From contig JBAYIU010000001.1 in assembly GCA_041665465.1 (NCBI GenBank), forward strand, positions 1,406,260 to 1,470,259: a stretch of 64,000 bases of DNA, read 5' to 3'. Positions 29,708-38,860 of this stretch are shown here, piece after piece. Within the stretch, counting starts at the first letter, position 1, and each line of letters starts with the position of its first letter. The translations under genes and the position numbers were made by a program. This DNA comes from Candidatus Woesearchaeota archaeon. GTDB taxonomy: Archaea; Nanobdellota; Nanobdellia; Woesearchaeales; GW2011-AR9. The notes under the pieces are model-generated. The model had not been told where the DNA came from and did no database searches. It saw only the letters and a list, made by a program, of their open reading frames with translations.

Positions 29708-30694
29708 ATGGATATCATTAAAATTACTAACTTAACTAAGAAATTTGGCGAGTTTACTGCTGTAAATAGCATCAATTTTGAAGTAAAGCAAGGTGAAATA
29801 TTTGGTTTTCTCGGGCCGAACGGTGCTGGAAAAACCACTACTATTTCTATGCTAGCTACAATCCTTAAGGCCACTTCTGGTGAAGCTACAGTTAATGGTT
29901 ATGATATCACTACTCAGCAAGACGAAGTAAGGACTTCTATTGGTATTGTGTTCCAAGATCAGAGTTTAGATGAAGAACTTACTGCTTATGAAAATATGGA
30001 CTTTCATGGCAGATTATATCATGTTCCTAAAGAAGTGCGTAAAGATAAGATCCTCAAATTGTTAAGATTGGTAGAATTAGAAGATAGAAAGAATGATTTG
30101 GTAAAGACTTTTTCTGGTGGAATGCGTCGACGTTTAGAAATTGCTCGAGGATTATTACATGAACCAAAAGTATTGTTCTTAGATGAGCCTACTTTAGGAT
30201 TAGATCCGCAAACCCGTAATCATTTATGGGATTATATTCGAAAACTTAACCAAGAACAACACATTACTATTATTTTAACTACTCATTACATGGAAGAAGC
30301 AGATCGATTATGTAATACTATTGCTATCATCGATCAAGGAAAGATTGTTACTTCTGGAACGCCTTCTTTTTTAAAAGATGCAATTGGTGGAGATATCATC
30401 ACTTTAGAATCCTCAGACAATCAAAAATTATTATCTTCTTTGGTTAAGTTTAAGTGGGTAAATAAAGCCCAGACTCATAATGGTTCTTTGACCATAAATT
30501 TAAAACAGTCGGAGAAACATGTGGTAGATATTGTTAGCTTAGCAAACAAAGAGAAGATAAATATCAGTACTCTCACCGTTCACAAACCCACTTTAGAAGA
30601 TGTGTTCTTACACTTTACTGGAAAAACCATTAGAGAAGAAGAAGCAGGACCTAAAGATGCGATGCGTATGCAGCATAAGATGTGGAGGCGTTAA
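29708..30694 (+). CDS. ABC transporter ATP-binding protein (ABC-2/CcmA-NosF type)
   Basis: Walker A 'GPNGAGKTT', signature 'SGGMRRRLEIA', Walker B 'LFLDEPT'. Confidence 0.9.
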   Translation: MDIIKITNLTKKFGEFTAVNSINFEVKQGEIFGFLGPNGAGKTTTISMLATILKATSGEATVNGYDITTQQDEVRTSIGIVFQDQSLDEELTAYENMDFHGRLYHVPKEVRKDKILKLLRLVELEDRKNDLVKTFSGGMRRRLEIARGLLHEPKVLFLDEPTLGLDPQTRNHLWDYIRKLNQEQHITIILTTHYMEEADRLCNTIAIIDQGKIVTSGTPSFLKDAIGGDIITLESSDNQKLLSSLVKFKWVNKAQTHNGSLTINLKQSEKHVVDIVSLANKEKINISTLTVHKPTLEDVFLHFTGKTIREEEAGPKDAMRMQHKMWRR

Positions 30695-30695
30695 G

Positions 30696-31448
30696 ATGAT
30701 GGAAGCGACTTACACTATCTGGCTGCGTAACATGAAACGATATCTTCGTTCTAAAAGCAGAATTATTGGAAGTTTAGGTATGCCCTTGTTCTTCTTGTTA
30801 ATATTGGGGTTTGGATTGAACTCAATCGTTAGTGTTCCGGGAACTGGGAAAGGATATGTGGGATTTATTGTTCCAGGAATTGTAGCTATGAGCGTTCTGT
30901 TCACTTCCGTTTTCTCAGGAATACAAATCATCTGGGATAAACAGTTTGGTTTTCTCAAAGAAACTCTGGTTGCACCTGTATCTCGGTTAGAGATTATGCT
31001 TGGTCAGACTCTAGGTGGGGCTTCGACTTCATTCATTCAAGGAGCGGTTATCTTATTGGTATCTTTAGTTTTAGGAATAATTTCAGTTAAATGGTGGGGT
31101 TTCCTGATTGCTTTTGGATTTATGTTGTTGATTGGAATCGCTTTTACTGCTTTAGGTATTGCTATCGCTTCTAAGATGGAAGATATGCACGGCTTTCAGT
31201 TAATCATGAACTTTCTGATTTTTCCAATCTTCGGCCTATCTGGGGCAATATTTCCAATCAGCAGTCTTCCTTCTTGGTTGAAGTATATTACTTACATTGA
31301 CCCATTAACTTATGGTGTAGAAGGGATTAGGTATGGGTTATTAGGAGTATCGCAAATATCGCCCTTATTATGTTTTGGAATATTGGGTGGATTTACTCTC
31401 CTTATGGTTGGTTTGGGGGCGTATCTGTTTAGAAAGATTCAAGTTTGA
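30696..31448 (+). CDS. ABC-2 type permease
   Basis: Six hydrophobic helices. Start MMEATYTIWLRN 2 nt after the ATPase stop (track ORF begins earlier in an overlapping frame). Confidence 0.8.
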   Translation: MMEATYTIWLRNMKRYLRSKSRIIGSLGMPLFFLLILGFGLNSIVSVPGTGKGYVGFIVPGIVAMSVLFTSVFSGIQIIWDKQFGFLKETLVAPVSRLEIMLGQTLGGASTSFIQGAVILLVSLVLGIISVKWWGFLIAFGFMLLIGIAFTALGIAIASKMEDMHGFQLIMNFLIFPIFGLSGAIFPISSLPSWLKYITYIDPLTYGVEGIRYGLLGVSQISPLLCFGILGGFTLLMVGLGAYLFRKIQV

Positions 31449-31511
31449 ATATTCTAACTTTCCTAAATATTTATATATCCATTAATTCTTCTCTGTTCAA
31501 GTGATAGATAC

Positions 31512-31793
31512 ATGAAGATAACCATAGATACTAAGGAAGACTCTCCCGAAGAGATTCGTAAAGCTATTACCTTTCTTCATAGTTTGAGTAATTCTGGCGG
31601 AGGAGCGTACATTCCCGAAGCTAATACTCCTGCTGCAGACACAACTAATCTGATGAGTATGTTTGGAGATGCTCCTAGCACTCCTGCTGCAAGTGAGACC
31701 GCTCCTAATTTTGGATCTTTCTTGAATTTAGTTGATCAGAAGAAAGAAGCTTCTAAAAGATATCTGGACGAACCAAAGTTAGAATTCTATTAA
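31512..31793 (+). CDS. Small hypothetical protein
   Basis: ORF. Confidence 0.3.
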   Translation: MKITIDTKEDSPEEIRKAITFLHSLSNSGGGAYIPEANTPAADTTNLMSMFGDAPSTPAASETAPNFGSFLNLVDQKKEASKRYLDEPKLEFY

Positions 31794-31809
31794 TACTTCC
31801 CTTCTTCTC

Positions 31810-33054
31810 TTACAACAGAAATATCAACGCTAGTCCCAACGCAAATAATATCACGTAGAACCAAATAATAATCTTAGCAAATTGTTTCCCGCCAAAGAAG
31901 TATGCTATCCCTCCTTTGGTACAAATGTTAGTCAATACTGCTAAAATTATCCCTTGAGCAGCGATATCACCACTTAGGGTGGTTTTAGCTAGTTCTGAAA
32001 GAGAAATAACTATTGCATCGACATCGGCAAATCCGGAGATGATACTTACTACATACACTCCTTTATTTGAGAAGAAAACATTAGCCAGTTTTGCTAAAGC
32101 TAACATTACTGCAAATACGGCTCCAAACTTTAAAGCCGGAGTAAGAGTAAAAGGAGAATGCAGTTCTACTTTACTTTCAATATTCTGGGTTTTCCGCCAT
32201 AAGAAATATGAGAACAAGGCTGTTAGCAATATTAATATGGTCAACGGAAGAAGAACTTTAGAAGAAAGTGGCTGGTTGACCACGAAGACCAATACAAACA
32301 CCCTTATCATCATCACTCCATTGGCTAGGATTACTCCTAGGGCTAGGGCTCGATAAATCTTAAGCTCACGTTTACTTCGTTGAGAGAAACTCATCGTTAA
32401 AGCGGTACTGCTAGCTAATCCTCCTAATAATCCGGCTAGAGCAATCCCTTTGTCTCCTAACCATTTCAAGGCAACATAACCAACAAAGCTTATTCCAGAT
32501 ACTAATACTACCATTAGCCAGATGATGTAAGGGTTAAATATCTCATACGGTCCGTAACCTTGATTGGGAAGAAGAGGAAGAATAACAAAAGCAATCACTG
32601 CAAATTTAAGAGTGTCAGCCATTTCTTCAGTACTTATCTTCTGAGCAAAACGATGTAATACTGAACGTGCGTAAAGAATGATGGTGATTACTATGGCTAG
32701 GATTACTGCTAAAGTAATCTCATTATTGTAACAAAGCATACCAATAAAGAAAGCCAAAAATCCGGCTACTTCTGAGGTGGCTCCAACGTATTGTTTAGAA
32801 TGGCCTGAGAAGGTAAAGTAGGCCACGATGATTAAAATTCCCATCAAAGCTATACTTATAAATAATACCCATTCAGAAATAGTTTGTCCAAGGTAAGTGG
32901 CTAGAGCTCCGAACAAGGCAATTAAAGGAAAAGTACGAATCCCTGCAAAAGAATGACCTCGGTTTTTATACGTTGCATATTCTCGTTCTAACCCTATTAG
33001 TGCACCTAGAGCTAGAGCCGCTAAGAATCTTTCTAATATGCTTAGTTCAAACAT
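31810..33054 (-). CDS. MgtC/SapB-family membrane protein with DUF4010-like C-terminal half
   Basis: N-terminal 'LGALIGLEREYATYKNRGHSFAGIRTFPLIALFGA' is the MgtC signature; polytopic. Confidence 0.55.
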   Translation of the reverse strand: MFELSILERFLAALALGALIGLEREYATYKNRGHSFAGIRTFPLIALFGALATYLGQTISEWVLFISIALMGILIIVAYFTFSGHSKQYVGATSEVAGFLAFFIGMLCYNNEITLAVILAIVITIILYARSVLHRFAQKISTEEMADTLKFAVIAFVILPLLPNQGYGPYEIFNPYIIWLMVVLVSGISFVGYVALKWLGDKGIALAGLLGGLASSTALTMSFSQRSKRELKIYRALALGVILANGVMMIRVFVLVFVVNQPLSSKVLLPLTILILLTALFSYFLWRKTQNIESKVELHSPFTLTPALKFGAVFAVMLALAKLANVFFSNKGVYVVSIISGFADVDAIVISLSELAKTTLSGDIAAQGIILAVLTNICTKGGIAYFFGGKQFAKIIIWFYVILFALGLALIFLL

Positions 33055-33107
33055 CTATTGCACCAATAGTAAGAAGAATGTTTCGCTTTATATAGTTTAC
33101 TGAGGTG

Positions 33108-34583
33108 TTAACTCTTCACTTCAGGCGTAACTTCCTTCTCAGCATTTTTCTTCGCTCTTTCTGCTCTTCGTAGATCTCTTTCTTGCTTCTTTATCTCGTT
33201 AGCTTGTTTCTTAGCTTCTTTAGCTGCTTCTTTTTCTTCTTCTTCTTTATTATGAAGATGGTCTTTCCATCGAAGTAAGGTGTAATTAACCGGGTTTTTG
33301 ATATGGGCACATAAGCTGTCTGGCTTACACACTCCAAACGATTTATAGTAACCTTCATTGTTACAGTTAGGTGGAAGTTTCTCTCCCGGTTTGAAATAAC
33401 GTAACTGTGATTCGATATAATTGTCCCTAAGAGGATTAGCTTTATTTTTGTCATGGTTCCATTCTAACAAAAATCCTTCTAATTCTTTTTTGCTCCATCC
33501 AATCTTGCCTAAGAAATTACTCCAACAGAATACTGCCCGTTTCTTTCCATCTTCCATTCCGTTCAATAACCCTTTCATACAGGGAGGAAAGAAATCCTCT
33601 CTAATCGGAGAAGTAACCATCGTTTCTTCGTTCTTATTTTGGTTCTCAATCTTGATTCTATCTCGAACTTCTTTTTCTACTACTGTTTTAGTTTGGAAGT
33701 CTAATGCTGAGGTAAGCAAGTTTCTGGCACTTGGTCCAGAAACGTTTCGGTCCATAAACTTAAACATAGGGGTAAGAATCTTGTCCGGATCAGCCATAGA
33801 TCGCTCAAATTCCATCACTCGTTCTGGATCGATGGGCAAACTAACTAATCCCGATTTCTCATGCAAAGAATAAGGCATACGATACAAATGACGTGGGGCG
33901 ATCAGGATAGTATCAATCTCTAAGAACTTATCCACGTTTAGTTTAGCAACCTTATCACCATACTGGTTCTTTTCATAACCCGTTATATCTTCCGGTGGCA
34001 GTTCTACTTTATCTTTGATCTTACTGAAATCGTTGTTTTCAAAAGCAAGAATTCTTTTTCCTAACTCTTCTTTGATGTTCTCTTTGATATAAGCAGCAAT
34101 CTTTCTGGCTGCTTCCGGAAAGAGAGTTTTAATCTGGATAGATCCTACTTGGCTGGGAAATGCTTCAAAAGGTACTCCAATATGAAAACCTTTATTGCCC
34201 GAAAATTTTATGGAATAATCTTTTACTTCACATCTCTTAAGAAATTTGATAATCAAATCCGCACTAATCTTGCTGTAATCGATAAATTTACAATCTATAT
34301 CTAGTACTAAGTCCCATCCTCGGCGAAGTTCTTCCATCTCTTTCTTATTTGAAGTGCTGCTTAAACTTAAGGGATTATCCCATATTTCTTCGCTACAGTG
34401 AAACGAAGTTACTCCTTTAAGAGCTAATTCTAAAATCTCTTTAGGATATGTCAAGATATCTGGGCGTTTACCAAAGCTTTCTCCATATCTGACACTGAAT
34501 TCTTTATTCTGAGCATGTTCTACTATCTCTTGCTGAATGTCCTTTCTTTTGTAGAAGCGTAGGCATGTGCCTTTGTCTATCAT
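33108..34583 (-). CDS. priS: Single-chain DNA primase: PriS catalytic domain fused to a PriL C-terminal Fe-S-type domain
   Basis: PriS motifs 'WDLVLDIDCK' (DxD) and 'FSGNKGFHIGV' (SGxRGxH). C-terminal region 'FFPPCMKGLL...FLGKIGWSKKELEGFLLEW...PNCNNEGYYKSFGVCKPDSLC' parallels p58C/PriL-CTD (FPPCM...FLKGIGL..FW...C...C). Lys/Glu-rich tail. Confidence 0.75.
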   Translation of the reverse strand: MIDKGTCLRFYKRKDIQQEIVEHAQNKEFSVRYGESFGKRPDILTYPKEILELALKGVTSFHCSEEIWDNPLSLSSTSNKKEMEELRRGWDLVLDIDCKFIDYSKISADLIIKFLKRCEVKDYSIKFSGNKGFHIGVPFEAFPSQVGSIQIKTLFPEAARKIAAYIKENIKEELGKRILAFENNDFSKIKDKVELPPEDITGYEKNQYGDKVAKLNVDKFLEIDTILIAPRHLYRMPYSLHEKSGLVSLPIDPERVMEFERSMADPDKILTPMFKFMDRNVSGPSARNLLTSALDFQTKTVVEKEVRDRIKIENQNKNEETMVTSPIREDFFPPCMKGLLNGMEDGKKRAVFCWSNFLGKIGWSKKELEGFLLEWNHDKNKANPLRDNYIESQLRYFKPGEKLPPNCNNEGYYKSFGVCKPDSLCAHIKNPVNYTLLRWKDHLHNKEEEEKEAAKEAKKQANEIKKQERDLRRAERAKKNAEKEVTPEVKS

Positions 34584-34640
34584 TAAAATTCAATTTAAAT
34601 TAGAAGTATAAAATACTTTCTTTAGTAGAATAGATAATAC

Positions 34641-34910
34641 TTACAATCCACTTGCTTCTTTCTGGAACTCTTTAGCTTTCTTCTTCAGATTAGTTAAAGC
34701 TTCCTTTAAGGATTTTCTGGGCTCAATTCCTTTAGTTTCTAACAGGAAATGAGGTACTCCCGTTAAAGGATGGTCAATCTTATAAGTGGCAGTGTCTACA
34801 CCTTTAACTTGCTGTAATTCATGCTTTAGAGCGTTACAGAAGGTGTGCGTTTCTCCTTTCAGCTCAAAAATGAGCTTAGTCTTAGATTCTTCAATGACTT
34901 TGAATTCCAT
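34641..34910 (-). CDS. rpoL: RNA polymerase subunit Rpo11/RpoL (Rpb11 homolog)
   Basis: 'GETHTFCNALKHELQQVKGVDTATYKIDHPLTGVPHFLLETKG' matches the RpoL pattern (DHTLGNLL...HPL). Start set at MEFKV. Confidence 0.7.
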   Translation of the reverse strand: MEFKVIEESKTKLIFELKGETHTFCNALKHELQQVKGVDTATYKIDHPLTGVPHFLLETKGIEPRKSLKEALTNLKKKAKEFQKEASGL

Positions 34911-35009
34911 AGTGGAGAAAATTAAGGACTTCATTTATAAACGTTTCGATGGTATTTTTACTACAGCACAGAGAAAGTATTTAAATCTCGGGGTATTCCT
35001 TAATAACTA

Positions 35010-36203
35010 ATGCCCATTCTTAGGAAAGATACTCCCGAACATCAGATTTACAAAGTCTTAGAACATTGGCAGCCAACTGATGAAATTATGATGGTTAAAG
35101 AGCTAACTAACCCTAAGAAAAAATTATCTATCCTCTTTGCTTATCTCTATGATCTGGTTAAGAAAGAGTATAAATCCTTTCCCACTCGTAAAAATGGAAA
35201 AAATCCTTTTGTTCATCCTCTTAACATAGTATGGGATCTAAGGAAAGCCAAAGTTAAAAATGAAGTAACGATTTGTGCAGCGTTAATCCATGACTTAATT
35301 GAGGAGAAGGTAGATCTTTATAAAAGACTGAAACATCTTTCTGAAACACCGGATGGAGTAAAAAAGTTAGATAAGTATGAGGATAAGTTGTGGGTAAAAT
35401 TTGAGAAAGATCTTAAAGAATTCAGTGAAGATGCTCAGTATCATTCTTCTGTTAAACAGATTTTAGAGGTAGTTTTTCTTTTAACTCGACACAAAAGACA
35501 TTTCTATTATCGTTCCATTTCTTCTCTTTTTAATCGAGAGGATGACGATACCAAAGAAATGGCCATCCAAGTTAAACTAGCGGACAGGATTCATAATCTT
35601 CAATCTTTAGACTGCTTTACTGAAGAGGATAGGATGTACCAATGTTTCAAAACTTTATTTATTCTTAATAACACTAAAGCTTATCTTAAGAAAAAATACG
35701 GGCAAAATAGTAATCCAGATAAAGCAGTCCATCCTACTGAAAAATTGTTTAAAAAATGTTGTAAGGCAACGTATGATGCTTTTCTGATGATTGAGAGAAT
35801 GTCTCTGGCTAAAGGGATTACTCCCATCGAATCGATGCTACAATTGGCGTTTATGAAGTATGCTTGGGAAAGATCTGGGCTGGACCAAGTTACTTCTACT
35901 AATCTTAAAGAAACTCATCCTATGCGTTTGTATCAGGGAATCATTAGGAAATATGATTCTCGATTACACCAAGAATGGAGCCAATTTAAACAGATGAAAC
36001 GGTTAGAATCAGAATATTGTCAAAAGTTCTTTGCTGATTACAATTTTACTTCTGAACAAATAGAGGCTTTGATTAATTATAAAGATGCTTATGCTCTTAA
36101 AGAAGTGGTCGCTTTATTGTTGTATGATCCGGATTATGTCGTGAAAGGATTTGGGTGTGCGGGATTGTGTCGTAGAGGATTTGTGTGTATGAAGAAAAAG
36201 TAA
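35010..36203 (+). CDS. RelA/SpoT-family HD-domain protein ((p)ppGpp hydrolase-like) with an uncharacterised C-terminal extension
   Basis: 'RKNGKNPFVHPLNIVWDL...ICAALIHDLIEE' and 'KLADRIHNLQSL' mirror SpoT 'RKSGEPYI.HP...AALLHDVIEDT' and 'KLADRTHNMRTL'. No synthetase domain seen. Confidence 0.65.
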   Translation: MPILRKDTPEHQIYKVLEHWQPTDEIMMVKELTNPKKKLSILFAYLYDLVKKEYKSFPTRKNGKNPFVHPLNIVWDLRKAKVKNEVTICAALIHDLIEEKVDLYKRLKHLSETPDGVKKLDKYEDKLWVKFEKDLKEFSEDAQYHSSVKQILEVVFLLTRHKRHFYYRSISSLFNREDDDTKEMAIQVKLADRIHNLQSLDCFTEEDRMYQCFKTLFILNNTKAYLKKKYGQNSNPDKAVHPTEKLFKKCCKATYDAFLMIERMSLAKGITPIESMLQLAFMKYAWERSGLDQVTSTNLKETHPMRLYQGIIRKYDSRLHQEWSQFKQMKRLESEYCQKFFADYNFTSEQIEALINYKDAYALKEVVALLLYDPDYVVKGFGCAGLCRRGFVCMKKK

Positions 36204-36349
36204 GATTTTTCCAGAGGATTTATAAATCAGCTCTGTTTCTAATATAAAATACACAAATATAAGAAACGTAAACCGTTTTAAAATATGGGGAATCCCGACT
36301 GGGCTTTCCGTGCTCAAGAATAATTTTCTTAGCACCTGTGCAGAAAATC

Positions 36350-36389
36350 ACCTCTAAACCGATGTGGTTTTCTAAATATATTTAGAGGT
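36350..36389 (+). promoter_or_regulatory. 9-bp perfect inverted repeat ACCTCTAAA...TTTAGAGGT bracketing an AAATATATTT TATA-like element about 26 nt upstream of the DEAD-box helicase ATG
   Basis: Read directly; 196-bp intergenic region. Confidence 0.4.
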
Positions 36390-36399
36390 AAAAATAAAT

Positions 36400-37845
36400 A
36401 TGAACTTTGAAGAACTAAACTTGGCTCCGCAGTTATTAAAAGCGGTGCAATATCAGGGGTATACTGAACCTACTGACATTCAACAAAAGACTATCCCTTT
36501 AATCCTAGACGGAAAAGATATAGTCGGACAATCAGCTACCGGTAGTGGAAAAACTGCTGCCTTTGGGTTACCTATATTAGGAAAGATTAAACCTGGTCAG
36601 GGATTACAATTCATTGTGTTGACTCCTACCAGAGAATTATGTGTGCAAGTAGCAGAAACTCTTACTGCTCTAAGTAAATTCATGCCCATGAACATCGTTA
36701 AGATTTATGGTGGAGTAGGAATGGGTCCACAGGTTGATGCAGCTAGATATGCAGATATCGTGGTTGGTACTCCTGGAAGAACTTTAGATCACTTGAATCA
36801 TAATACTTTAAATTTAAGCAAGGTAAAATTCTTAGTTATCGATGAAGCTGATAAGATGTTTGAGATGGGTTTTATTGAAGATGTAGAACAGATTCTTAGT
36901 TATATACCTTCTCCGCGTCAAACCTTATTGTTTAGCGCTACCATGTCTGATGTGGTTTTGAAGTTGGTAGAGCGTCATTTGAACCATCCGGTAAACATTC
37001 GTACTGTGATGCATGTTGATAGAAGCCTATTGAAGCAGGTTTATTACAATGTTGACCAAAGAGAAAAGTTTTCTTTGTTGTTACACTGTCTTAAAAATAA
37101 GACCCCTGGACTAGCGTTAGTGTTCTGTGCTACTCGACAAGAAGTTGATCTGTTAAACCGGAATCTGAAGATGCAGGGAATTAAAGTCATGGCTATTCAT
37201 GGTGGATTAACTCAAAATAAGCGTGAATATGCTTTGAAACAACTTCGTGATGAAAATATTGACGTACTTGTAGCTACTGATGTTGCTGCTCGTGGATTAG
37301 ACATTAAGAATGTTTCTAACGTCTATAACTACGATGCTCCTAAGACTTCTGAAGAATACGTGCATCGTATTGGAAGAACTGCTCGTGCCGGTGAAAAAGG
37401 TGAAGCAGTTACTTTACTTAGTCAGAGGGACTTTGACAATTTTAGAAGAATTGAAAGTGATCGCACTTTACAAATTAAAGAAGAATCCTTGCCCGAATAT
37501 GAGAAAGTTCGTTTCGTAAGAGAAGTAGAACGTCGTGGTGGACGGTTTGGTGGCGGAGATCATTTTGGTAACCGTGGACCTCAACATGGAGGAGTAGCTA
37601 CTAGTGCTTATGGTTCTCGTAGTAATCAAGGACCTCGAGAAGGCGGCTTTAATCGCGGTTCTCGTTCTGAAGAAGGAGCTTCTCGTGGAGGAGCTGGCGG
37701 ATTCCATCGTGGACCAAGACCAGAAGGCAGTGGTGGGTTCCATAGAGGTCCTAGACCCGAGGGTAGTGGCGGGTTTAATCGTGGTCCTCGATCTGAAAGT
37801 GGAGCTAGACCTGAACGAAGAAGTCGAGAAATGACTCGACGTTAG
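36400..37845 (+). CDS. DEAD-box ATP-dependent RNA helicase with Gly/Arg-rich (RGG-like) C-terminal repeats
   Basis: Q motif, 'GSGKTAAF', 'DEAD' (VIDEADKM), 'SAT', 'HRIGRTAR'. C-terminal 3x 'GGFHRGPRPEGSG'. Confidence 0.95.
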   Translation: MNFEELNLAPQLLKAVQYQGYTEPTDIQQKTIPLILDGKDIVGQSATGSGKTAAFGLPILGKIKPGQGLQFIVLTPTRELCVQVAETLTALSKFMPMNIVKIYGGVGMGPQVDAARYADIVVGTPGRTLDHLNHNTLNLSKVKFLVIDEADKMFEMGFIEDVEQILSYIPSPRQTLLFSATMSDVVLKLVERHLNHPVNIRTVMHVDRSLLKQVYYNVDQREKFSLLLHCLKNKTPGLALVFCATRQEVDLLNRNLKMQGIKVMAIHGGLTQNKREYALKQLRDENIDVLVATDVAARGLDIKNVSNVYNYDAPKTSEEYVHRIGRTARAGEKGEAVTLLSQRDFDNFRRIESDRTLQIKEESLPEYEKVRFVREVERRGGRFGGGDHFGNRGPQHGGVATSAYGSRSNQGPREGGFNRGSRSEEGASRGGAGGFHRGPRPEGSGGFHRGPRPEGSGGFNRGPRSESGARPERRSREMTRR

Positions 37846-37846
37846 G

Positions 37847-38800
37847 TTATTTTTGTTCTTTTACTTTTTCTTTAGAGGGAAATTCTTTAATTTCGTAATC
37901 CTTTGAGATAGATCTTTCGACATTCACTCCCGATTCTCTTAGAATAATAGCTAGATGCATTGTAATTGATTTTAAGTACACTCTGGGTAATTTCTGAATA
38001 ATAGAAATTATCTCTTGCCAATTCTCATTATTCCTGTTTAATGGAATATCCAAAAACAACTCTTTTGATTGGTCATATCTCTTAAGTTCATCTAAAGAAC
38101 GAGCGAAATAGAAATCTTTAACCTCTACCCCCAGGGAGATTGGTCCTAACTTTCTTATATCTTGTATAGCTGTAAAATTTATGTCTTCTAAGCTTTCACA
38201 ATAAGCATCACATAGAATTGGGTCGTGTATTTTCCGCATTTTATTAAAGAACTCTTTTCTAAAAGAAATACTTCTTGCAAGATTAATTAAGAATTCTTCT
38301 TTAAACGGTTCAGCCGAGTATTTCTCCCCTTCAATATTCTCGACCAATCTATTTCTTAGATATCTTGCAATTACAATTTTCTTATCAATTTTAATTATAT
38401 CTGGGTTTTCATTAAAGATGTTCTTCTTTGAAGCACCTATCCCGGGCCATACCTCAAGAATCATCTCTTCCCCATTATAATAAAGATTGAATACAAATTT
38501 TGTCTTAACTAAACTATGAACAAATGGCACGTAATCTTTACGTTCTCTCTCAATTATTTTCGCAATATCCTTAATAGTAAATTTACCTAAGAAGAAAGGT
38601 AGATTCATATTATCTCCCTTAGAGAAGCGGATCGCTACTTCATCATTATCCTTGAATCCATTCTTGGCTAATTTATCGATTATTTGCTGTTGATTATCCT
38701 CTTCTGAAAATATCACAAAAGAACGATGAAACAAGTTATTCTGTGAGAAATAGTATAATCCAAAAAGCTTCCACCCTAATCTATCAGGAGAATATTCCAT
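37847..38800 (-). CDS. Hypothetical protein (317 aa)
   Basis: ORF. Confidence 0.4.
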   Translation of the reverse strand: MEYSPDRLGWKLFGLYYFSQNNLFHRSFVIFSEEDNQQQIIDKLAKNGFKDNDEVAIRFSKGDNMNLPFFLGKFTIKDIAKIIERERKDYVPFVHSLVKTKFVFNLYYNGEEMILEVWPGIGASKKNIFNENPDIIKIDKKIVIARYLRNRLVENIEGEKYSAEPFKEEFLINLARSISFRKEFFNKMRKIHDPILCDAYCESLEDINFTAIQDIRKLGPISLGVEVKDFYFARSLDELKRYDQSKELFLDIPLNRNNENWQEIISIIQKLPRVYLKSITMHLAIILRESGVNVERSISKDYEIKEFPSKEKVKEQK

Positions 38801-38860
38801 TAACTAATAATAACCTTAGATAACTTAAAAAACTTATCTCTGTTTATCTTAATAAAAGAG

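Noticed and set aside
30600-30695. Track-proposed 5' extension of the ABC permease (start 30600)
   Set aside because: Extension lies inside the ATPase gene in another frame; a Met pair 2 nt after the ATPase stop gives a typical coupled start.
24841-31000. Short ORFs 24841..25041, 27927..28121, 29689..29874, 30710..30958
   Set aside because: Overlap supported CDSs on the opposite strand.
31979-35010. Short ORFs 31979..32356, 33191..33454, 33421..33873, 34786..35010
   Set aside because: Antisense/alternate frames within the MgtC-like, primase and rpoL genes; 33191 ORF product is poly-Lys from an A-rich run.
36114-36335. 73-aa minus-strand ORF across the helicase upstream region
   Set aside because: Overlaps the 3' end of the HD-domain gene and the intergenic region; no support.
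37696-37803. Three tandem ~36-45-nt repeats at the 3' end of the DEAD-box helicase gene
   Set aside because: They encode the GGFHRGPRPEGSG Gly/Arg-rich tail in frame; not a CRISPR or independent element.
37310-37834. Three short ORFs (37310..37519, 37468..37743, 37604..37834) in the DEAD-box gene
   Set aside because: Alternate frames of the RGG-coding repeat region; artefacts of repetitive sequence.
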